DNA of 64,000 nucleotides, taken from Octopus vulgaris. Lineage: Eukaryota. Under the pieces are notes generated by a model. The model was given only the letters and a program-made list of their open reading frames with translations, had not been told where the DNA came from and ran no database searches. The translations under genes and the position numbers were made by a program. Numbering within the stretch: the first letter of the stretch is position 1; each line of letters opens with the position of its first letter. This document shows positions 27,105 to 40,910 of the stretch, piece by piece. Location: positions 62,124,001 to 62,188,000 of the forward strand of contig OX597827.1 of assembly GCA_951406725.2 (NCBI GenBank), in the 5' to 3' direction.

Positions 27105-27500
27105 AAGGCGGCGAGCTGGCAGAAACGTTAGCACGCCGGGCGAAATGCGTAGCCGTATTTCATTTGTCGTTACGTTTTGAGTTCAAATTCCGCCGAGGTC
27201 GACTTCGCCTTTCAATCTTTCGGGGTCGATAAATTAAGTACCAGTTACGCACTGGGTCGATGTAATCTACTTAATCTCTTTGTCTATCCTTCTTTGTCCC
27301 TTCTGTGTTTAACCCCTTGCGGGTAGTAAAGAAATAGGTATTTCGTCTGTCTTTATGTTCGGAGTTCAAATTCCGCCTAGGTCGACTCCGCTTGTCATTC
27401 TTTCGCGGTCGATTAAATTAGTACCAGTTACGCACTAGGGTCGATGTAATCGACTTAATCCTTTCCCCCTAGTTTGAGGCCTTGTGCTTCCAGTAGAAAA
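27105..27500 (+). mobile_element. SINE family A tandem dimer
   Basis: Unit 1 ends gtaaagaaata; unit 2 restarts ggtatttcgtctg (27338) and ends with an alternative tail. Confidence 0.9.
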
Positions 27501-27520
27501 GATTATTATTATTATTATTA

Positions 27521-27563
<43 letters not shown>

Positions 27564-27930
27564 CATTATTATTATTATTATTATTAGTATGGCAGACTCG
27601 TTAACACGCCGGGCGAAATGCTTAGCATTATTTCGTCTGCCGTTACGTTCTCTGTTCAAATTCTGCCGAAATCGACTTTGCCTTTCATCTCTAACCCACC
27701 TCACTACGCTCCTCCACTTGCACAATTCGCACACCTAGACACCTCCACCACAAGCAACCCCATGGACCTTATTCCAAACACAAACCTCCTCCTACGTCCA
27801 CCTTTATACATGAATCCCCTCCAACACATGTACACCCCATCTCGCCTCCTCCTTTGTTAGCTCGCCCCAAAGAGCCGTATTCCCATCTGACTCCTAATCT
27901 TTTCTTTTTATCAACCTCCTATCTCCTATA

Positions 27931-28630
27931 CAGGGTGTTGAGGCTAAATTTGATAGTTTACATAAAAGGAAAAGAAAGCACAATATCCCATCCAAAATAA
28001 AAGTATTCTAAACAATAAAAAATAAAACATCACCTAGTTTATGGTTGGGAGATAACAATTTACTTAAAGCAGCCGTCCTCATCTTCCACTTTGGCCTCAA
28101 GATGGCTCTGGAATCTGGTACATGCGTTCCTCACTATGTCACTGGAAAGATCTTCGGACACTTGATCTTGATCACCTGTTTAGCCTTGGTGTTGCTGGAC
28201 GAACGGGTGGTGTATTTCCCAACGGTGCCCCCCACACATAATCCATAAGATTATAATCGGGGTATTAGGAGGTCAGAAATTCTTCGACAACCACTTCTGA
28301 GTCTTTGTGGAGTATGGCTGGCTAGGAACCAAATCCTGCTGTCACACATACGGCCTTCCAGTTGCAACCCTCTCCGGCTAGGGATTAACCATAGTCTCCA
28401 GTAGCTTCACATAGCCGTCTGAAATGAGCCTTCGAATTGAGCCTGTTTAGAAATTTCGGGTGGCATGACGTCACTCTCACTGGTGACACGCCCCCCAAAC
28501 CATCACTGTTTAGGAGAACTTGGTTTTCATGAAGTCCACGTCACGTCTTACGAACATTATAGTGTTCACAGATCATTAAGCAGCAGTAATGATGTTCGCC
28601 TTTTAATACCCGGCGCGAATCTTCACGATA
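27931..28630 (-). mobile_element. Decayed Tc1/maT-type transposase 3' half
   Basis: MKTKF..VMVWG.VTSESDVMPP..YVKLLE..GRPYV.QQD..KTQKWLSKNF.PPN; TA-CAGGGTG terminus. Confidence 0.75.
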
Positions 28631-28861
28631 CTCTTTTACTCTTTACTCTTTTACTTGTTTCAGTCATTTCATTTGACTACAGCCATGTTATTCCTAGTAG
28701 GTACATTAAACGTTATTCCATTCAGTAATTTTGGCACAAGGCCAGCAATATGGGGGGGGGAGGCAGCAAGTGACACTGAACAATGTAGTCCTAGATACAC
28801 TATGACTGAACAAAAGACCTGGTTGTTATACTGTACAACAAAATTTATATTTTCCTTACTA

Positions 28862-29238
28862 TACTCTTTACTCTTTTACTTGTTTCGGTCATTTGACTGC
28901 GGCCATGCTGGAGCACCGCCTTTAGTCGAGCAAATCGACGACCCCAGGACTTATTCTTTGTAAGCCTAGTACTTATTCTATCGGTCTCTTTTACCGAACC
29001 GCTAAGTTACGGGGACGTGAACACACCAGCATCGGTTGTCATGCGATGTTGGTGGAGGGGGAGAAACACAGACACACAAACATACACACTCACACATACA
29101 CACACACACACACATACATATATATATATACATATATACGACGGGCTTCTTTCAGTTTCCGTCTACCAAATCCAAATCCAAATCGGTTGTCAAGCGATGT
29201 TGGGGGGTGGGAGGACAAACACAGACGCACAAACATAT

Positions 29239-29303
<65 letters not shown>

Positions 29304-29468
29304 TACGACGTGCTTCTTTCAGTTTCAGTCTACCAAATCCACTCACAAGGCTTTGGTCGGCCCGAGGCTATAGTAGAAGACACTTGCCCAGGGTGCCACG
29401 CATTGGGAATGAACCCGGAACCATGTGGTTCGTAAGCAAGTTACTCACCACACAGCCACTCCTGCGCC
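28862..29468 (-). mobile_element. SINE family B with duplicated microsatellite module
   Basis: Module ggttgtca.gcgatgttgg..acgacg.gcttctttcagttt occurs twice. Confidence 0.9.
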
Positions 29469-30069
29469 TACTGGTAACTATTTTCCAATATTTAGATTGT
29501 GTCCACTCTTACATGTCAGCCAACTTACTTTTCAAGTAGAACATGTATATTTATGTTTGCTAACATCGTTGACTTCACCCATGCAACAAGCTGCCCCTGA
29601 AAATACGGAGGGCGTTAACGTTAACATAGGAAGTGCTGAAGGTGTGTCTTGTAATTTTCTGAAAAATACGAAATTTTTTCAATGGAATTTTGAAGAGATA
29701 GCTATTCGATGGAGAAAACTGCAATTACGCTCATAAAATTTAGATAAGTAGTAGCATAGAATTATTGCAAATATGCAAATGAGAAACTTGTTTTTATTTA
29801 ATTTTATTTAAAGATAATAAATACGTTTCTTTTGATGAATTGTATTAATTTCCTCATTTTGTATAAGCACCCAGAAATTTGCTAAAAGTTGAATTATAAG
29901 TGCTGTGTATATATGTCATATTTCGTGATGGAAGAAGCAGAAGAAGAAGAAGAAGAAGAAGAAGAAGAAGAAGAAGAAGAAGAAGAAGAATATACGATGG
30001 CAAACTTACAGTTATATGATAGTTAGCGCTCCAGAATACATCCACCCAATCCTCTATCCGTCCATCAAA

Positions 30070-30114
<45 letters not shown>

Positions 30115-30124
<10 letters not shown>

Positions 30125-30318
30125 ACCTCGTGTGTACCGTTGGCGATTTTTTTTCCCTCTGTCTTCCCTTCTCTGGATCTTTCATTCTCCTATGTTTCCG
30201 ACGAAGAGCTCCGCTCGAAACGTTAAACCCTCCTTCTTTCCTTCTTTCCTGAGCGTCCAATAATACTATATTTGTTCGACGTCCTCGCGTTGTGTTTTTT
30301 GTGCTTTCTTGTTTGGAT

Positions 30319-30325
<7 letters not shown>
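30115..30325 (+). mobile_element. PLE-like pseudo-LTR fragment with hammerhead motif (30194-30228)
   Basis: gttt-CCGACGA-agagctccgctc-GAAA-CGTT-aaac; flanked by (TA)n. Confidence 0.7.
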
Positions 30326-30359
<34 letters not shown>

Positions 30360-30379
30360 TCAAAGATACACATGTATAT

Positions 30380-30678
30380 CAGGTTATCGACCAGTCTATC
30401 GAATACTGTTATATGTCGCTGGTCACAGTGTGCTTTGCATCGTTCTTAGCTTTCAAATGATGCCACCCCGCTGACTAGGTGGACAAGCCAGCATGCCCTC
30501 TGATCGCAAGGCTGGTCTCAGGATTACCAATTTACAGCTGAGTGGACTGAGCTCTAGGACAATGTGAAATGAAGTGTTTTGCTGAAGAACGCAACGCGTC
30601 GCCCGGCCTGGGAATTGAACTCATGATCTTACGATCGCGAGTGTTACACGCCTAACTACTAGGCCACGTGCTTTCACG
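30380..30678 (-). mobile_element. SINE family C/D with distinct tail
   Basis: gtggcctagtagttagg..gagttcaattcccagg..gttcttcagcaaaacacttcatttcac. Confidence 0.8.
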
Positions 30679-30814
30679 CGCGCGCGCGCTCACACACACA
30701 CACACACGTACATATGTGTATGTGTGTCTGTGGTATCTTTTATTTTAACAAATTGTCTGTCTCTACATTTTATATTAACACGACTTTCAGTTTACATTTT
30801 TATAACCTTTAGAA

Positions 30815-31265
30815 TACACACACACACACGCATACACACATGCACACACACACATACACACACACGCACGCAACACACACACACGCACGCCGCACATACG
30901 CACGCAACACACACACACGCACACATACACACGCACGCGCCCCCACACATACATGCACACACAGATACACATGCTCATACACACACGCACACACACGCAC
31001 GCACACACACGCACGCGCGCACACACACGCACGCACGCACACACACGCACGCATGCACACGCACGCACGCACGCACACACACACACACGCACGCACGCAC
31101 ACATACGCACGCAACAAACATACACACACGCACACATACACACGCACGCACACACACGCACGCACGCACACACACGCACGCACACACACATGCACACACA
31201 TATACACATGCTCACACGCAGACATGCACACTCACGCACACATGCGCGCACATACGCACACGCGT
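30815..31265. repeat. Degenerate (CA)n/(CACG)n array
   Basis: Direct. Confidence 0.95.
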
Positions 31266-32596
31266 ATATATTTCTACAAAGCATCACAAAGCAACAATTA
31301 CTTTCTCTTGTAATAGTAATACAAATATTATCTCATTTAATATAAATGCAATAATGACGTCTAACGTTTCTACCTTTATGGAATCTATCTGTTAAATTTC
31401 AATAGAACTGGAAATCGGTACAGAGGCAACAGGGAAGGCTGAATCGATCTGTGTCAAATCTGAACTGAGCCACCGAATTCCAAACCGAAATCAAATCAAT
31501 TTTTCTCTTCCATTATCTTAGCATGATATTGATTATATTAATACATTCGAAATATAAAGATAGTTTGCAATTTTGGATAACAGCAGCTTAAAGGGATTGT
31601 TGCTATCATTTGCCCAAGGTGATAATAACTTCATGATTATATGGAGAATCCTAACCTTTTAAAGAAAATATATATATATATATAAAAAACAAGCAAACAA
31701 AAAACAAAACAACGAAAGAAATGTCTTCGAGTGAGTGAAGCATTGCTCGCGTGGTTTCTTTTTTACTGCCGTCAGCCATTTTCAGCTGTTTTGGGTCTGT
31801 GCCGAGATTTCGTTTCAAATTCGTCACAAAAAGATGTCTAATATACTATTTCTGTTTGTAACGTGCTTTCTCTTTCCAATCTTTTACCAATCCCAGAGCA
31901 TCTCAGTACTATCGGGAATACACACGCACACACACACACAACACACACACACATACACACACACACGTACACACACAGCTTTCAATTCCCTCATTCTAGT
32001 TATCTTCATTTCTTCATTTCTATAAATAAAATTCCTGCTTCTTTTGTATTCTGATGGGTTTCTCAGTTCGTTCGGAATTATATATTTTATTCACTCGGAT
32101 CGATATCTTTATCTCAGGGCAGTTTTCTTTCATTTTTCCGTTCCCTTATAATCATACAAGGGATGTTTGCCCTCATCGACATCAACAGGAGTATCCAAAA
32201 CCGCTATTTGCCAAGAGGTTGCCATTTTCAGTAACAATTCTCTGTGTGTGTACATGCACCAGTTCTTTTCTCTATCGATTTAGTAGCTTTGGCAAATTTT
32301 CTGAAACTCAAAGTTGCCAATTCTGTCAAGTTTATTCAGTTTTGGCAAAGGCTGTGTAACGAGAGGAAATGTGACCTAGTGTGTTTTTGGAGTCACCATA
32401 CGTTTAAAACGTTGGTTCGTCTGTTCGGTTTCATTATATTTCTTAGATTGAATCTGACTAAGCAATCAACAAAAGTTTGGTATCAACTCGAATTCCTGAG
32501 CTTGGAAGACAGCATAAATTTTTCTCATGGTTCACTTTAATTTTGTTCCTTTATATATATATTGCATAAGGCACGTAGCTAAGTGGGTCAGAGTAT

Positions 32597-32913
32597 TCTC
32601 TTTTACTCTTTTACTCTTTTACTAGTTTCAGTCATTTGACTGTGGCCATGCTGGAGCACAAACCTTTAGTCGAGCAAATCGACCCCAGGACTAGTACTTA
32701 TTCTATCGGTCTGTTTTACCGAACCACTAAGTTACGGGGACGTAAACACACCAGCATCGGTTGTCAAGCGATGTTGAGGGATAAAGACAGACACACAAAC
32801 GTATACACACATATATACAAATATATATTTCTTTACTACCCACAAGGGGCTAAACATAGAGGGGACAAACAAGGACAGACAAAGGGGTTAAGTCGATACA
32901 CACATATATACAA

Positions 32914-32982
<69 letters not shown>

Positions 32983-33162
32983 TATACAACAGGCTTCTTT
33001 CAGTTTCCGTAAACCAAATCCACTCACAAGGCTTTGGTCGGCCCGAGGCTACAGTAGGAGTAGAAGACACTTACCCAAGGTGCCACGCAGTGAGACTGAA
33101 CAAGGAGCCCGGAACCATGTGGTTTGTAAGCAAGCTACTTACCACACAGCCACTCCTACGCC
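32597..33162 (-). mobile_element. SINE family B containing a SINE A tail fragment (~32830-32895)
   Basis: Direct match. Confidence 0.88.
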
Positions 33163-33179
33163 TATAAAAATGTGTGACT

Positions 33180-33288
33180 CTTACAGTACCTAGGTTTCCC
33201 AAGCGGTCACCCATCTAAGTACTAACAAAGGCTCGACGTTGCTTAACTTCGGTGATCGGACGAGAACTGGTGCTTTCAACGTGATATT
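33180..33288 (-). pseudogene. Dispersed 5S rRNA copy, probably a pseudogene
   Basis: Minus strand atatcacgttgaaagcaccagttctcgtccgatcaccgaagttaagcaacgtcgagcc..gttagtacttagatgggtgaccgcttgggaa..ggtactgtaag matches metazoan 5S, with substitutions and a disrupted 5' end. Confidence 0.92.
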
Positions 33289-33574
33289 ACGATTGTAAGG
33301 ACATAAGTTCGATTCCCGGGGGGCGTGTTGTGTCCTTAAGCAAGACACTTTATTTCACGTTGCTCCAGTCCACTCAGCTGGCGAAAATGAGTTGTACCTG
33401 CAATTCAAATGGCCAACCTTGTCACATTCTGTGTCACGCTGAATATCCCCGAGAACTACGTTAAGGGTACACGTGACTGTGGAGTACTCAGCCACTTGCA
33501 CGTTAATTTCACGAGCAAGTTGTTTCGTGGATCGAATCAACTGGAATCCTCGTCGTCGTAAACGACGGAGTGCC
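33289..33574 (+). mobile_element. SINE family D, 5'-truncated
   Basis: gttcgattccc..tgtgtccttaagcaagacactt..cgacggagtgcca. Confidence 0.88.
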
Positions 33575-33792
33575 AGTTTTTAAATCTATATGTAGGATCA
33601 AATATGGATGGGGTGGTTGTGTGGTTAAGAAGCATGCTTTGCAAATCAGATGACTCTAGGTTCAGTCCCACTACACATCTTGGGCGTATTCTACTATGGC
33701 CCCGTGCCGACGAATGTTCTTGTGAGTGAATTTGGTAGACGGAAACTGTGTCTAAGTCCGTCGTGAATGTATATATATACATATATATATTT

Positions 33793-34012
33793 AAGGGGGC
33801 GAGCTGGCAGAATCGTTAGCACGCCGGGCGAAATGGTTAGCAGTATTTCATCTGTCTGTACGTTCTGAGTTCAAATTCCGCCGAGGTCGACTTTGCCTTT
33901 CATCCTTTCTGAGTCGATAAATTAAGCACCAGTTGCGTATTGGGATCGATCTAATCGACTGGCCCTTCCCTTTCCCAAAATCTCGGTCCTTGTACCTAGA
34001 GCAGAAAAGAAT
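33793..34012 (+). mobile_element. SINE family A, alternative tail
   Basis: Ends ccttgtacctagagcagaaaagaataa. Confidence 0.9.
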
Positions 34013-34101
34013 AATAAAAGTTTATTTGCTCCAGGCACTGCACAGTGAAATTGAATGTTTTAATTTTTGACAAGCTACTTAGTCTTGAACAAAGAAAGAA
34101 G

Positions 34102-34139
<38 letters not shown>

Positions 34140-34564
34140 TCTTTATTCATTTCCAAAACAGCACATCACTCCCAATGCTCTGAAATTTTGAACTGAATAT
34201 GAACATTTAAAATTTTTCTCTCCAAAGCATTTTGAATTAAGTATCATGGTTCTTGATAATATTTTTATTTTTATGGACAGAAAACCTGAAAGATTTTTGC
34301 GGAACGGAGTAGTCGACTACAACAATTCCACTGCTCAGCTAGTGCTCCTTTCATCGACATCGAATAGACAAGAGTCACAGTCAACCACAGAAAAATTTAA
34401 ACTCAGAAGGTAAGCAAGAAAAAAATGCTGCTAAATCTTTTGTCTGGTGTGCTAACGATTCTGCAAGCGTGTCACCTTGAGAATAAACCTTTCTAGTTTA
34501 GGTACATGGCCTAAAATTTGAGAAGAGGGGTTTGTCAATTTACACAGTGTTCAACAGGTAACTA

Positions 34565-35190
34565 TCAGGTCATCCCATAAGTTCTGTCCGATTTTATCTT
34601 TTTTAAAATTGAATGAAATTTAATAGTATTTTAGAATGTCTAATGAAATTTAAAATTGTTTTTATGCTTTTGTGCACATTGAAACTAATTAAATACTATT
34701 TTACAGAATAATTGAATTACAATTTCTTTGATTACAACCCTTTCTAATATGGAAGTATCCAAAGAGCATTTAAAGCACATAATGCTTTATGAGTACAAAA
34801 AAGGAAAATCTGCAGCCAAAATGACTCAAAACATAGACTCAGTTTATGGGAAAGAATGTGTAAATGAAAGAACTTGCTGAAGATGGTTTGCAAAATTCAG
34901 AAGTAGAGGTTTCAGCCTTGAAGATAAAGATCGAACAGGACGTCCAATTGAGTTTGGTGATAAGCTCATTGAGGCATTGCTTGAAGAAAATCCTGCATTA
35001 TCAGTTGAAGAATTGACAATAAAGCTTAGTTTAAACCATATAACTGTTCACCGTCATCTTCAACAACTTGGAAAGGCCCCTAAACTTGGAAAATGTGTTG
35101 CTTCATGAATTGTCCGAAAACATCCGCAAATCCCGAGTTGACATCTGCTCTTCTCTCCATTCTCGTGAACTCATTTTCACTAAGCATTTT
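34565..35190 (+). mobile_element. Mariner transposon 5' half
   Basis: From 34749 MEVSKEHLKHIMLYEYKKGKSAA..VYG..RWFAKFRS..SLED..RTGRP..TVHRHLQQLGK..HELSE; internal stop and frameshift. Confidence 0.9.
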
Positions 35191-35789
35191 GTTCAGCTTG
35201 CAAGCGATTGTACCAGGTCCACGCCTGTGATTCTTGATAATATCAAAGCCATTTCTAATGTGGAGAGATGGCAGAATCGTTTTTGCGCTGGGTAAAATAT
35301 TTAGCGGCATTTCTTCCCGTTCTTTACCTCCAGAGTTGAAATTCCGCTGCTGTCAGCAGCCTTCCATTTTTTCGGGATCGATAGAATAAAGTACCAGTTG
35401 AGCAATGGAGTCGATGTGATAGACTTTCTCAAAATTTCTGGCATCGTGCCAAAACTATAAAGAATATGAATGGTATTTTCTTTTTGATGTAAACTGCCCG
35501 GAAGAACAATGGAAAAGCGATGCATAGACGGACAGATTAATACTGACTTCAAAATTTGGCACAAGGCCAGCAATTTTGGTGGAAGGGATAAGTCGACTAC
35601 ATCGACCCCAGTGCTCAACTGTAACTTATTTTATAGAAACCGAAAGGAAGAATGGCAAAGTCAACCTAGGTGGAATTTGAACTCTGAACGTAAAGACAGA
35701 CGAAATGTCGGTAAGCATTTTGTCTGGCATGCTGACGATTATGTCAACATGTCGCCTACTGGCAGATTAATGTTAATATATACATTTAT

Positions 35790-36097
35790 TTATCCATCCT
35801 TTTCAAGCCTAGTCAGGCTCATGGGCCCAGTTTCCCAGTTTCTGTGGCGTATGTGTCCCCCCTCCTCAGCTGGACAGGACGCCAGTCCATCGCAGCGTTA
35901 CCCAAGAAACAGGAAGAGAGAGTGAGAGAAAGTTGGGGCGATAGAGTACAACAGGGATCGCCCTCCCCGCTGCTCGAGCCACATGGAGCTTTAGGTGTTT
36001 TCGCTCAATAAACACACAACGCCCGGTCTGTGAATCGAAGCTGCGATCCTCCGACCGCGAGTCCGCTGCCCTAACCACTGGGCCATTGCGCCTCCAC
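35790..36097 (-). mobile_element. SINE family C head with a different 3' domain
   Basis: gtggaggcgcaatggcccagtggttaggg head; gggtaacgctgcgatggactggcgtcctgtccag domain; taatatat.cat on both flanks. Confidence 0.88.
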
Positions 36098-36429
36098 TAA
36101 TATATGCATAATATAGATTAATTTCGTTTCTACTTTTTATCGTATTTAACATAGAATAAACTCATTTATAAAGAGAAAAATTAGCTATTTCTCTCTTCTA
36201 AAAAATTATGCATCGTATCGACAACAAAGAAGATATCAACCTCAGCCTGAGTCACGTAAAAACGTGTGGTGATGTCACGACCCGATTCATACTTGAAATG
36301 ATTGCTGGAAGAACGAAGTCGGAACTGCTGGTTGTTTTGCATGTAAAAGATTGTTTAGTTCTGCGAACTAGAGGAAGAAGAACTCAATACATGAAATAGA
36401 GTATATACAAGCACGCTCACATAAATATT

Positions 36430-36640
36430 GGCTTCAAATTTGGCACAAGGCCAGGCCAGAAATTTTGGGGAGGGGATAAGCCAATTACATCGACCTCAGT
36501 GTTCAGCTGGTACTTGCTTTATCAACCTCAAAGGATGAAAGGCAAAATCGAACTCGGTGGAATTTGAACTTCGAGCGTAAAGACGGTCTAAATACTACTA
36601 AGCATTTTATCCGGCGCAGTAACGAGTCTACCAGCTTGGT
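36430..36640 (-). mobile_element. Diverged SINE family A (similar copies at ~34290-34480, 35265-35465, 35550-35758)
   Basis: aaggatgaaaggcaaa.tcga..tcgg.ggaatttgaact core. Confidence 0.8.
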
Positions 36641-36670
36641 ACCTTACACACATACACATACACGCACACG

Positions 36671-36701
<31 letters not shown>

Positions 36702-37717
36702 GTACACACACACGCACACGCACAGACACGCACATACACGCACACGCACATACACACGCACACGCACATACACACGCACACACACACACACGCACTCGCA
36801 CATGCACATGCACACACACACACATACACACACGCACAGGCACACACACACGCACACGCACACACACACACGCACAGACACACACGCACACACACACATA
36901 CACACCCACACACGCACAGACACACACGCACACACACCCACCCACACCCACACACGCACACACATACATGAGGGGCAACCACACAAATTCCGTTTACTAA
37001 ATTCACTCACAAGGCATTGCTCAGAACACCACACAGAGGAACTGAACCCGAAACCACGTGATTACTAAGCAAGCTTCTTAACCAAACACTCCTGACTATG
37101 CCAAACAACTCCTTCTCTTTTAGTGAGATTTCATCAACAACCAACAAGCAATATATAATTCCCTCTCTGATACTTCCCATATATGTTATTTTTTCTGTCC
37201 ACAGAGACTCTTGTTTACGACTGCTCAGTGCATTATACTAAGTTTATTTTATACACAAGTATTGGCTAGAATGCATAGATATATTTTGTCATAGCATCAG
37301 ATGCAAATGCTGTTATCGCATCAGTAATTTCAAGATAGTGTCTGATCAATGCCAAAAATCAATACGTAGATAAAAAAGTAAAAATTGCTGAGCTGACAGG
37401 AAACTAAGTGCGTTTGCGATATAGTCTATTTATACATACATACAAACATATATATATATCTGTGTGTGTGTGGGGGGGGGGGGAGGGCCTGTGTGTGCAT
37501 ATGCTAAGGGAACATGCGTTAATGTTCACTCAATCCAAATATAAGCAGAATATGGGATACTGCTTTTGTAACATACATTAGTTCTCCATATGTATATATA
37601 TATATGTATATATGTATATATATGCACATATATATATATATATATACCCATATATACACACATATCATATATATATAGTTATATATACATATATATGCAT
37701 ATGTACATACATATGTG

Positions 37718-37768
<51 letters not shown>

Positions 37769-37843
37769 GATGTATATATAATATATATACATGCTTATAT
37801 ATGCATATAAAATATTGCCAAATACTGTACATACATACATACA

Positions 37844-37879
<36 letters not shown>

Positions 37880-39216
37880 TGTGTGTGTGTGTGTATGTGT
37901 TTGTGTATACTAACTCCGCAGACATTATACACATGTATGAATGTGTTTACACACACACACATACACACACATACACACACACATACACACACACTCTCTC
38001 TCTCTCTCGCGCACACACACACAAAGATGTTTTACACCAGTTCACATTTTGATTATTTCAGCAAAATACAATAAATGAATAAATAGATAAATAACGAAAG
38101 AAAAATACTTATATGTGAAGAAAGTGCAAACTTTAGCTTAAATCTGATACTTGTGGCGGTTTTAGGAGTTAACGCGCGCGTATTACTAAGTGTTACGTTA
38201 GTTATTTAGCGTCCCGTGTGCGGTTCTTGTCCGTTGTTGATGGAGGGATTTCATTTATTAATAACTAAAGCTACCTTAATCCTTATATTTTCATTACACC
38301 GTTCCGTGACGTTGATGTTGACTGTGATATCTATCTGTCTGTCTGCCTCTCTCACTCTCTCTAGAATTGTATATCTTTTTCTTGTTTCAACCATGAGGCT
38401 GTGGCCCAACTGGGGCACCGCCTTCAATTTTTTTTTTTAGCAGAAAACTCGATTTGAGTGCTTAATTTTTTTTTAAAGTCTGGTACTTATTCTATCGATC
38501 TGTATTTGACGAACTGATAAGTTATGGGTACGTAAGAAACCAACACCGGTTGTCAAACGTGGTTGCGGGGACTCACAAACACCGATACAAAGACACATAC
38601 ATACATACATACATACATACATACATACATACATACATACATACATACATACATACATACGTACGTACGTACGTACATACATACATACATACATACATAC
38701 ATACATACATACATACATACATACGTACATACATACATACATACATACATACATACATACATACATAAAGTACAACACCGATTTTCAGTAGCCTTTGGTT
38801 CCAAAGCCTTTTCAAATGTTTTCGGGTTATAGCTTTTTCCGAACAAAATAAAAGAAAAAAAATTTAATTAACTTAAATAATTAAATGAAATGCAGGTACT
38901 TTTGTATTGTTCATAGATGGTGGTCATGGTGGGGCACCGTCTTGAAGGGTTTAGTCGTACAAATCGACCCCAAAATTATTTGTAAACTCTGGTACTTGTT
39001 TCACCGTCACCTTTTAGCTGAGTTTCTAGGTGCGAACGAGTCAACATCGGCGGTCAAGCGGTTGAAGGCATAAACACAACAATACATACACAGACATTCG
39101 CATACACACATGCATATGTATGTTTGTATTGTGTGGTAAGTAGCTTGTTTACCAACCACATGGTTTCGGATGGCACCTTGGGCAAGGTTTCCGATAAATC
39201 GTTATCAAAAAATATA

Positions 39217-39783
39217 TTGAGTTGTCCGGAAAGTTCGTGCCGATTTATAGCAGCTTACCTTTTGACGTATTTTAAAATATGGTTGAGTCCATAAAATAGG
39301 ATTTGACTACACCTCCATTTAGAGCACACTTTAAGTTATCTTTTTGTGGAAGAAGATTTATGTTTCTATAACCTGTGTTAATTCTGTAACCTTTTAAAAT
39401 GGAAGATAAGAAGGTTCATTTTCGGCACTTGATGCTTTGGGAACCAGACAAAAATTGCTGCAGCTCGGCTGGGATGAGTTACCCCACCCTCCATATTCAC
39501 CAGATATTGCTCCTTCGGATTTCCACTTATTCACGTCTCTGCAGAATAGTCTTAATGGTAAAAATTTCAATTCCTTGGATAATGTAAAAAGATACCTTGA
39601 TGAATTCTTTGCCATGAAACCACCTCAATTCTGGGAAGAGGGTATTTTAAAGTTAAATGAAAGATGGAGACGCATTGTGTAACAAAATGGTTCATATTTG
39701 GTTGATTAAAAATGTAATGGCAAGTATTTATTGACCTTTTTTCTTTCCTTTAAAAATTGGCGTGAACTTTCCGGACAACCAAA
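39217..39783 (+). mobile_element. Internally deleted mariner with both TIRs
   Basis: TIR ttgagttgtccggaaagttcg / cgtgaactttccggacaaccaaa, TA flanks; MEDKKVHFRHLMLWE joined to LGWDELPHPPYSPDIAPSDFHLF. Confidence 0.93.
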
Positions 39784-40478
39784 TAATTTGATAGGAGAAA
39801 TAACAAAACTTTCAGATCACCTAATGTACTTTTTTTGTGTGTGTCCTTTTTGTCAATCTCTCTCTCTCTGTCTTTTACAATTCTCCCCTCTCTATAAACT
39901 TACCACACACACACACTCTCTCTCTCTCTCACTTATTCTATGTATATGTATATCTCTTGAGCATGCTTGTATTCCTCTCTCTATTGAAGCGACATGTAAT
40001 CCCCTTCATTTTGTTTAAAACTTCATCGTTGTAATGCTTTGTTTTCATTTTGTGGTAGTTATTTTGCAAAATATCCTAGCTTCCAAATCCTGTTTCCTGA
40101 TTGGGAAAAAATGATCAAACTTCAAACATCTGTAGTATTTGTCTGTAACATGTTCGCATGTACGCACACACGCGCCTACACCCACACAGACTTCTTTCTT
40201 TCTCTGCCTTCCTTTCTTTCTGTATCTGTAAAAATTTAGGAACCAAACAAATAATTATCTTTTTATTTACTTTAGATTCCTCAACAACTTTCAGCTGTAG
40301 TTTTGCAATCCAAATAGTTTAAAAGCAAATTTTTCTGAGAGCGATATGATACCGGTCTCTCCTTACAAAAACAAACGGGTTTTACAACGGCCAAAACTGA
40401 TTCAGTTTGCGACACAGTTCCACATGACATACTCTTTTGAATATCAGTAAATGTGAAACCGGTTAAGTACCAGTTAAG

Positions 40479-40566
<88 letters not shown>

Positions 40567-40575
40567 ACTATCTAA

Positions 40576-40624
<49 letters not shown>

Positions 40625-40627
<3 letters not shown>

Positions 40628-40792
40628 TTTTCTCCTTTTTCTTTTTTTCTCTTTCTCTCTCTTTTTCCTTTCCTTTTTACGATCCCTTTTGATCGAAAAC
40701 CTACCCCCTTTTTTTTCTCCCCCAAAAGAAAAGCTTTGCCTTGTAATTTGTCCCGTCTGTGTGCAGCCCTGTGTGGCTAATAAAAAAACAAA
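40625..40792 (+). mobile_element. Tx1 LINE 3'UTR-only insertion in (TATC)n
   Basis: Matches ~41850-41992. Confidence 0.88.
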
Positions 40793-40826
40793 TCTATCTA
40801 TCCATCCATCCATCCGTCCATCCATC

Positions 40827-40910
<84 letters not shown>

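Noticed and set aside
34749-35190. SETMAR or POGK-like domesticated genes
   Set aside because: Stops, frameshifts, TIRs and deletions indicate dead transposon copies.
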